This document shows positions 26,124 to 33,177 of a stretch of DNA of 33,177 nt, in pieces. The stretch's first letter is position 1; every line of letters begins with the position of its first letter. The stretch spans positions 1 through 33,177 of the forward strand of contig JAWSUI010000043.1 of the NCBI GenBank assembly GCA_033551855.1, in the 5' to 3' direction. Made by a program: the position numbers and the translations under genes. This DNA is from Deferrisomatales bacterium (lineage in GTDB: Bacteria > Desulfobacterota > Deferrisomatia > Deferrisomatales > JACRMM01). The notes below the pieces were generated by a model. That model was given only the letters and a program-made list of their open reading frames with translations. It did no database searches and had not been told where the DNA came from.

Positions 26124-26332
26124 GGTTCGTCCGGTAGACGACCGGGTGGGCCCGCCCCCTCCGGCAGGCGATGCCGGGCCGCACGGTAGGTGGGCTCCCG
26201 CGCCGCACTCGGAATCCTCGCGGCATCGCCGCTCCCGAAAAGGCTGCTCCCGTCGAGCGGCCGTCCGCCTGGGTGGCCGGGCCCACCCGGTCGTCCCTGG
26301 ACACGAGTACTCGGTCATTCCCCGGATGAACC
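26124..26332 (+). mobile_element. 209-bp MITE-like element, copy 3
   Basis: TIRs GGTTCGTCCGGTAGACGACCGGGT versus reverse complement of right end GGTTCATCCGGGGAATGACCGAGT; flanks GTTTGTCG (26116-26123) and GTTTATCG (26333-26340), 7/8 direct repeat. Confidence 0.85.
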
Positions 26333-26416
26333 GTTTATCGGGCACGGCCGGCGAGTGGCAGGCGGGGGATTCCGGCTCTCGGGGGCTCTTGAGCGGGAGC
26401 GCCACCTCAGGTATAG

Positions 26417-26569
26417 CAGGACGATGAAAAAGCGGCCTGCGGTGCGCCCCACGGAGGGGGCGCCGAATCCCGGAGCTTGAAAAGCGCAGTGATTCGCGAG
26501 GGTTCGAAGGGGCCGTCCCCGAAAGCCCTCACCTGAAAAACCCCGTGGAGGGGGTTTTTCAGTACCCTG
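26417..26569. mobile_element. 153-bp MITE-like element of a second family
   Basis: Ends CAGGACGATGAAAAA / TTTTTCAGTACCCTG; ATAG on both sides (26413-26416, 26570-26573); internal perfect 12-bp hairpin at 26533-26562. Confidence 0.6.
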
Positions 26570-26613
26570 ATAGGGGGCGTCGACAGCCCTTCCCTTGCGA
26601 CCCGAGGACTACG

Positions 26614-27774
<1,161 letters not shown>

Positions 27775-27777
27775 GGC

Positions 27778-28164
27778 TCATCCCTGCTCCGGCTCCCATC
27801 CCTCCAAGCGCGCCAGGTCTTCCTCGTCCAGGCCGAAGTGGTGGCCGATCTCGTGCAGCAGGGTGTCGTAGATGACATCGTAGACGTCCAGCCCGTCCAC
27901 CCGGGCCCAGTGCTCGATGGGCCGCTGGTAGAGGAGGATCCGGTCCGGGAGCGACCCACCCGCCGTCACGCTCCGCTCCGCCAGGGATATCCCCTGGTAG
28001 AGCCCCAGCAGATCGCTGGGGCTCTCGATCCCCATCTCCGCGAGGGTCTCGGCGTCCGGCCAGTCCTCCACCACGAAGACCACGTTGTCCACATGCCCGA
28101 GGAGCTCCTCGGGAAGGGCGTCGAAGGCCTCCTCGGCCAACTGCTCGAAACGGCGTCGATCCAT
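27778..28164 (-). CDS. zincin-like metallopeptidase (minimal zincin family)
   Basis: LLGLYQG, LPDRILLYQRP, LHEIGHHFGL (HExxH). Confidence 0.88.
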   Translation of the reverse strand: MDRRRFEQLAEEAFDALPEELLGHVDNVVFVVEDWPDAETLAEMGIESPSDLLGLYQGISLAERSVTAGGSLPDRILLYQRPIEHWARVDGLDVYDVIYDTLLHEIGHHFGLDEEDLARLEGWEPEQG

Positions 28165-28227
28165 GGACCCTCCCGCGGGCCCGATTGTACGGGACCGTCC
28201 GGGGGCCGGTCAAAGCCGCTCCCCTTT

Positions 28228-28280
28228 CCTACCGCGACCCTGGACGTGCCCAGGGGCCGGGGAGCCCCCCGCTCCGCCCC
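28228..28280 (+). repeat. REP-like ~50-bp repeat, copy 3
   Basis: CCTACCGCGACCCTGGACGTGCCCAGGGGCCGGGGAGCCCCCCGCTCCGCCCC aligns with 43-96; stem CCCTGG/CCAGGG replaces CCCCG/CGGGG. Confidence 0.65.
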
Positions 28281-28392
28281 GCCATCCGCGGCGACTCGGA
28301 CGGGTACCCCGGTCCGGCAGTGGACCCCGACTTCTCACCGGGCGGCCCATGGGGTAGGATGGCACCTCGTTTTGCCCTGTCAGGAGGAACCC

Positions 28393-29010
28393 ATGCACTG
28401 GAGAGTCTTGCGAATCGGCCTGTCCCTGCTCGTGTTGGCCGCCGTGGCGGGCTGCGCCTCGAAGGCCGTGGTCCTCGACCCCGGCCCGGTTCCCATGCCC
28501 GACGGCGCGAGCCGGGCGGAGGGGGGACACGCGTGGTCCCTCTGGGTCGCCCAGGCCCGGGACGTGCGGCCGGAGGGGGAGGCCGGCCAGAAGCTGGGCA
28601 TCCTCTACACGCGCTTCCAGAAGAACCCCCGGGGGGCGTACCTGGAGCCCTCGCCGGCCGACTACGTGGGCGAGCAGCTCTCCCGGTATCTGCTGCACCG
28701 CGGCCTGGAGGCGTCCACCTCCCAGAGCGCCCGGCTGCTCCTGACGGTCGACCTGGAGCAGTGCAGCGTGTTGGAGAACCCGGGCTCGGTGTGGGCCGAG
28801 ATCACCGTGAGGGTGACGTACACCGTGCACCTGGCCGAGGCCGGGGGGCGCGAGCTCGGAAGGGTGCGCCTCCAGGGGGAAGCCCAGCGCAAGAGCCCGG
28901 GGGACAGCAAACGGCAGGCCGAGGTGGCCCTTCGCGATGCCCTGGCCGACACCTTCGACGCGTTGGCCCGCAGCGATGTGTTCCAGAAGGCCGTCCACGG
29001 ACAGCTCTGA
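28393..29010 (+). CDS. lipoprotein, YajG-like
   Basis: Lipobox VAGC after hydrophobic signal; ARDVRP motif; RBS AGGAGG. Confidence 0.7.
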   Translation: MHWRVLRIGLSLLVLAAVAGCASKAVVLDPGPVPMPDGASRAEGGHAWSLWVAQARDVRPEGEAGQKLGILYTRFQKNPRGAYLEPSPADYVGEQLSRYLLHRGLEASTSQSARLLLTVDLEQCSVLENPGSVWAEITVRVTYTVHLAEAGGRELGRVRLQGEAQRKSPGDSKRQAEVALRDALADTFDALARSDVFQKAVHGQL

Positions 29011-29767
29011 CCCCGCGACGGACGCCGAGGGGCGGCTCGCCCTCTACCGGCGTGCCGCCCGGGCGCTGAACGCGTTCTTTGCCCACTGGACAGCGCCCTT
29101 CTGTGTCCACTGCCTCGCCGTGACCGCCCTCCACCACCGGGATGACCCCCGGGCCGACGTGGAGCTCCTGACCGGGGTCTTCCCCGGTTGCTGCCACGCC
29201 GGTGTCGCCGACGCCCTGTGGGTACCGGGAACGGGGGAAGAAGGAAGGTTCCCACCGGAGTTGGGGCGGGCCGTAGCGCGGGAGCGGGAGGCCGTCGCCC
29301 GGGGCGGGGAGCCCCTTCGCTACGGCGTGCGCGAGCGGCGGACCGGCGTTGAGGCCGTAGGGGTGGCGTGCGCGCAGCTCGCCCCGGACGGGTGCCGGCT
29401 CGGGGATCTCAAGGCGCCCTTGTGTCTGTGCTACGCGTGCGAACCCATCCGGGAGGCCTTGGCCGGGGTCCTGGAGGCCGGAGGGTGCGGTGCGGCCGGC
29501 GAACTGCTGGGGGACGGCGCCGACGACTTCGTGGGGGCCCGGGCCGTGCTGCGAGCGGTGGTCTGCGGGCCCCGTCGGGAGGCCGGGACGGCGGTGGAAG
29601 CCCTGGAGGGGCGGCTGGAAGCCCTCGACCGGGCCCTCGAAGCCCAGGGCCTCTCGGGCGGGGGGCTTCTGGACCGTTGGCGGCAGGCACGACCGGGTCC
29701 CCCTGCGGGCCCCCCGGGGCGACGGCGATCGGAGGGACGACGACATGAGCGACGCAGCGACGTATGA
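28976..29767 (+). CDS. Cys-rich hypothetical protein (possible YkgJ-like metal-binding pattern)
   Basis: CVHC...GCC...C..LAPDGC.L..APLCLCYAC; fills the gap between the lipoprotein and trxB; start codon uncertain. Confidence 0.55.
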   Translation: MCSRRPSTDSSDPATDAEGRLALYRRAARALNAFFAHWTAPFCVHCLAVTALHHRDDPRADVELLTGVFPGCCHAGVADALWVPGTGEEGRFPPELGRAVAREREAVARGGEPLRYGVRERRTGVEAVGVACAQLAPDGCRLGDLKAPLCLCYACEPIREALAGVLEAGGCGAAGELLGDGADDFVGARAVLRAVVCGPRREAGTAVEALEGRLEALDRALEAQGLSGGGLLDRWRQARPGPPAGPPGRRRSEGRRHERRSDV

Positions 29768-30683
29768 CGCCATCGTAATCGGCGGCGGGCCGGCCGGGCT
29801 CACCGCCGGCATGTACCTCGCCCGGGCCGGCCGCAAGACCTTGCTCCTGGAGCGCACGCTCCTGGGCGGGCAGATCGCCCAGACCTCCCACGTGGAGAAC
29901 TACCCCGGTTTCCCCGAGCCCGTCTCCGGCCGCGACCTGGCGGCGCGCCTCGAGCAGCAGGCCCTGCGGTTCGGGCTGGAGATCCAGTTCGGGCGCGCCG
30001 AGGCCCTGCGCCTGGACGGGCCCTGGAAGGAGGTCACGGTCTCCGGGTTCCCCTTCCGGGCGCCGGTGGTCGTTGTCGCCACCGGCTTGGTGCAGGCCCT
30101 GGGGATCCCCGGCGAGGAGGAGTTCCTCGGGCGGGGAGTGTCCTACTGTGCCACGTGCGACGGCGCCCTGTACCGCCAGCGGTCGGTGGCCGTCGTGGGG
30201 GTGAGCGAGTGGGCGATGGAGGAGGCGCATCACCTGACCCGGTTCGCGGCCACCCTCCATCTGGTCGTCCCGGTGGCGGAGCTCAAGCCGTCGACCCCGC
30301 TCCGGAGGGAAGTGCTGGCCCACCCGTCCGTGCGGGTCGTGGCCGGAGCACACCCCGTGGAGATCGTGGGGGACGCGTCGGGCGTCACGGCCTTGCTGGC
30401 CGACGTGGGCCGAGAAGGCGAGCGGACGCGGCTGGACGTGGATGGAGTCTTCATCTTTGCCGGGAAGAAGCGGCCCGGCACGGAGTTCGTCCGGGGGCTG
30501 GTGGACCTGGACGACGACGGGTATGCGCGGGCCGACGAAGCATGTGAGACCTCGGTGCCGGGTGTCTACGCAGTCGGCGACGTCCGCCGCCACCGGTTCC
30601 ACCAAGTGGCGTCCGCCGTGGGCGACGGCTGCATCGCCGGCATGGACGCGCTGCGCCACCTGAAGAGAGGCCGCGAGGGGTGA
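29745..30683 (+). CDS. trxB: thioredoxin reductase-like flavoprotein (TrxB family, NADPH motifs altered)
   Basis: IGGGPAGLTA, GGQI...VENYPGF, GRGVSYCATCDG, TSVPGVYAVGDV, QVASAVGDG; RBS GGAGG. Confidence 0.8.
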   Translation: MSDAATYDAIVIGGGPAGLTAGMYLARAGRKTLLLERTLLGGQIAQTSHVENYPGFPEPVSGRDLAARLEQQALRFGLEIQFGRAEALRLDGPWKEVTVSGFPFRAPVVVVATGLVQALGIPGEEEFLGRGVSYCATCDGALYRQRSVAVVGVSEWAMEEAHHLTRFAATLHLVVPVAELKPSTPLRREVLAHPSVRVVAGAHPVEIVGDASGVTALLADVGREGERTRLDVDGVFIFAGKKRPGTEFVRGLVDLDDDGYARADEACETSVPGVYAVGDVRRHRFHQVASAVGDGCIAGMDALRHLKRGREG

Positions 30684-31291
30684 GGCTGGCCGTCCTTGCC
30701 GACCTCCACGGAAACTTGCGGGCCCTGGAGGCGATCCTCCGGGACGCCGAGCGCCGCGGGGCCGACGGCGTGGTGCACCTGGGGGACCTGGTGGACGCCC
30801 ACACGGACCCTCGGGCCGCGGCGGGGGTGGCCCGTGCCCTGGAAGAACGGGGGGTCCCGGGGGTGCTGGGAGAGGGGGATCTCGCCCGCCTGGTGGAGGA
30901 ACAGGCCCGGGTGTCGGAGGGGCAGAATTCTCCAGTGGAGGCCTTCCTGCGCACCCTCCCGGCGCAACTGGCCGTGGAGGAGGGCAGCCTGCGTCTCCTC
31001 TTCGTCCACGCGAGCCCCGAGGGGCTCGAGGACGTGGGCCTCGCCGACCTCCCGGACGACGACCTTTCCCGGTACCTGGAGCGGTGCGGCGCGGACGTGC
31101 TCGCCGTGGGGCACACGCACCGGGCCCTGGCGCGCCACGCGGGGGGCCGACTGCTCCTGAATCCCGGCAGCGCCGGGTGCCCCCCACGGCCCGAGTGCGC
31201 CTCGGTCTCGTACGTTCTTCTCGACACCTCGGGCGGTCTCGCGGTGAGCCACGTCCGGCTCGAGATAGGCGTTGAAAGCCGAGAGCTCTAG
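30680..31291 (+). CDS. metallophosphoesterase (calcineurin-like, YfcE-type)
   Basis: ADLHGN, HLGDLVD, VHASP, GHTH, LNPGS; GTGA overlap. Confidence 0.85.
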   Translation: MRLAVLADLHGNLRALEAILRDAERRGADGVVHLGDLVDAHTDPRAAAGVARALEERGVPGVLGEGDLARLVEEQARVSEGQNSPVEAFLRTLPAQLAVEEGSLRLLFVHASPEGLEDVGLADLPDDDLSRYLERCGADVLAVGHTHRALARHAGGRLLLNPGSAGCPPRPECASVSYVLLDTSGGLAVSHVRLEIGVESREL

Positions 31292-31301
31292 CGTGTAAGA
31301 T
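31272..31301 (+). promoter_or_regulatory. putative sigma70 promoter of tRNA-Pro
   Basis: TTGAAA (31272-31277), 18 bp, TAAGAT (31296-31301), followed by a GC-rich discriminator. Confidence 0.45.
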
Positions 31302-31363
31302 TCCGCCCTCCTTCAGAGGGGGCTCCCTCCCTTCGCCCGTCGGGACCGTCGGGCTGGGAAAGT

Positions 31364-31440
31364 CGGGACGTGGCGCAGTCTGGTAGCGCGTCTGCTTCGG
31401 GAGCAGAAGGTCGCTGGTTCGAATCCAGTCGTCCCGACCA
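31364..31440 (+). tRNA. tRNA-Pro(CGG)
   Basis: 77 nt; acceptor CGGGACG/CGTCCCG-ACCA; D loop TGGTA; anticodon arm TCTGC-TTCGGGA-GCAGA; T loop GGTTCGAATCC. Confidence 0.96.
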
Positions 31441-31591
31441 CCCGCCCCCTCTCCTCCCCCCTTCCGCCCATCGTTCCCAATGCGAGACCGCCGGCGCGCG
31501 TGGGGTGTTTGCTGCGCCCGCGAACTCGGCTAAGATGCCGACGTGCCGTGCCTACACTGGAGCCGGATCACTCATCGCCAGGAGGGAGCCC

Positions 31592-32233
31592 ATGCGCGTG
31601 CGCCACATCATGTCGAGCCCGGTGATCACCATCCCCAGCGACACCCCCGTCCTCGAAGCCGCCAAGATGATGAAGGATAAGAAGATCGAGCGGCTTCCCG
31701 TGGTGGACGGGGACAAGCTCGTGGGGATCATCACGAAGGACCGGGTGCTTCGAGCCTCCCCCTCCATGGCCACCAGCCTCAGCCTCCACGAGATTCACTA
31801 CCTGTTCGCCAAACTCACGGTGAAAGAGATCATGCAGCGGGACGTCTGCACCGTGACGCCCGACACCACCGTGGAGAACTCCGTGCGCCTGGCCCAGGAG
31901 AAGCGCGTGGGGTGCCTGCCGGTGGTCGAGGACGGCCGGGTCGTCGGGATCCTCACCACCAATGACTTCTTCTACATGGTCCTCAACCCGCTGCTGGGGA
32001 TCGGCGAGGTGGGCTCCCGCGTAATCGTGCGGCACTGCGGGACGCCCGAGAAGATGGTCGCTGCCCTGCAGTGCGTGAGCGAGTTGAAGCACGAGGTGCT
32101 CAACGCCGCGTACCTCCCCAGCCGCCGGGGCGACGAGCGAGACCTGCTCATCCACATCGCGTCCGACGACGCCAAAGGACTGGTGGCGTGCATGAAGGAG
32201 CGAGGACTGGAAGCCGAGGAGCGCGAGCGGTAG
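31592..32233 (+). CDS. CBS-domain pair plus ACT-like domain protein (AcuB-like)
   Basis: VRHIMSSPVITI, RLPVVDGDKLVGIIT, PSMATSLSLHE, GCLPVVEDGRVVGILT; RBS AGGAGG. Confidence 0.88.
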   Translation: MRVRHIMSSPVITIPSDTPVLEAAKMMKDKKIERLPVVDGDKLVGIITKDRVLRASPSMATSLSLHEIHYLFAKLTVKEIMQRDVCTVTPDTTVENSVRLAQEKRVGCLPVVEDGRVVGILTTNDFFYMVLNPLLGIGEVGSRVIVRHCGTPEKMVAALQCVSELKHEVLNAAYLPSRRGDERDLLIHIASDDAKGLVACMKERGLEAEERER

Positions 32234-32266
32234 GCGGGCACCGGCGCTGCACACGCGGGCCCGGAG

Positions 32267-32917
32267 TTACCCCCCGGGCCCGCGCTCGTTGCCGGCAGCG
32301 GTCCTGAGAGCCTTGGCGAGCGCCGCGGCGTGCACCTCACCGGCCACGTGGAGGGGGTTGATGAGGAACACGTTGGGGTTGGCCTTGGCGAAGCAGTGGA
32401 ACTGGGTGGCGAGCCCCATGCGCGGCACCGCCTCCTCGGGGGTGAGCCCCACCACCGCCGGTGCGGCCCGCCAGGTGGCGGCGCAGGGCGCCCCCCGCAC
32501 GACGCGCACGGACGTGACGCGCCCGCCGGCCAGCTCCACCTCGAGCTCCGGGGCGCCGAAGGAGCGGGCGTACTCCCCGAGCTCCCCGAGCCGGCCCAGG
32601 GTGCAGCAGGTGGTGGGCGTGTGGGCCCGGGGGAGCTTCCGCCCCGATGCCACCACCGGGACGCCGGCGGCCTCGCAGCGGTCGAGGAGGTAGCCGGTGA
32701 GGTCCGGGTGGTAGAGGTGGTCGATCACCAGGTCGGCCCCAGCCAGGAGGTCCGCGAGGTTCGCGGGGAAGAGGGGCTCGGGCTCGTCGACGATCGCCGG
32801 GCAGGGTCCTTCGACGTCCACCACCCGGAGGTCCAGGTCCGGCCGGAGCTCCCGCACCGCCGCTACCTTCCCGTCGCCCCTCTTGTCGCGCTGAAACACC
32901 AGGATGCGCTGCAACAC
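32267..32917 (-). CDS. DUF166-like hypothetical protein
   Basis: ADLVI...HPDL, TPTTCCTL, FGAPELEV, VVRGAPCAATW, HVAGEVH; start (GTG 32917 or TTG 32914) uncertain. Confidence 0.65.
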   Translation of the reverse strand: MLQRILVFQRDKRGDGKVAAVRELRPDLDLRVVDVEGPCPAIVDEPEPLFPANLADLLAGADLVIDHLYHPDLTGYLLDRCEAAGVPVVASGRKLPRAHTPTTCCTLGRLGELGEYARSFGAPELEVELAGGRVTSVRVVRGAPCAATWRAAPAVVGLTPEEAVPRMGLATQFHCFAKANPNVFLINPLHVAGEVHAAALAKALRTAAGNERGPGG

Positions 32918-33177
32918 CCCGCTCCCTTCGCCCCGTTGCCCCCCCTGCATGGTACGCCGCCCCTCCCGACGGGGCAACGGCCTGCCCAGCATGGATCGAC
33001 CAGAAAGCGCCGGTCAAGCGGAGGCCGGGAGCCCCTGGGTTTCGCCCCGCAATCCGCGGCCATTCGGGGAAGTGTCCCGGCAGCCCCCGGTGCGCCGGTC
33101 TTCAGCCGTTTGCGCCGGCCTTGTCGAGTCGGTGGATGCGGTGCGGGGCTGCACTCCTGGGCTCCCGGACTCCGCCC

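Noticed and set aside
23837..26332. Composite transposon that delivered htpG
   Set aside because: Each MITE has its own matching 8-bp duplication, the outer flanks do not match each other, and no transposase is present.
28360..28375. sigma54 promoter TGGCACCTCGTTTTGC before the lipoprotein
   Set aside because: GG-to-GC spacing is 11 nt rather than the strict 10.
31364..31440. tRNA-Pro as an integration site of an island or prophage
   Set aside because: No integrase, no duplicated tRNA 3' end and no composition shift nearby.
31370..31591. N-terminal extension of the CBS protein
   Set aside because: It overlaps tRNA-Pro; the real start is ATG 31592 with AGGAGG.

Overview
High-GC (about 70% by eye) bacterial chromosomal window. 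Gene content suggests an anaerobic deltaproteobacterium-like host (inference). Left to right: (i) a TetR-led operon acd - soluble HdrC/HdrB(CCG)-type Fe-S protein - etfB - etfA - GxxExxY - two complementary hdrA-like genes; (ii) type III glutamine synthetase with a sigma54 promoter and an HDAC-family deacetylase; (iii) an atypical ferredoxin, a tautomerase, a 54-aa ORF missing from the ORF track, dapL and a thioesterase; (iv) a Qrc/ACIII-like respiratory module (pentaheme c, Tat-exported molybdo-oxidoreductase-like subunit, 4Fe-4S subunit, NrfD/ActC) extended by two extra multiheme cytochromes; (v) htpG, nspC, a zincin, a lipoprotein, a Cys-rich protein, a non-canonical TrxB, a metallophosphoesterase, tRNA-Pro(CGG), a CBS protein and a DUF166-like protein. 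The most notable signal is non-coding, with four families of small intergenic elements. (a) A low-GC GxxExxY nuclease-fold gene is enclosed by ACRGGAT-unit inverted arms, and two gene-less versions of the same co-varying arms sit at other junctions of the same operon, suggesting an autonomous/non-autonomous hairpin-bounded element. (b) Three 209-bp MITE-like copies each have terminal inverted repeats and their own 8-bp target duplication. (c) A 153-bp MITE-like element has an ATAG duplication. (d) A roughly 50-bp REP-like repeat is present in three copies. All calls come from reading the sequence; no database searches were run.
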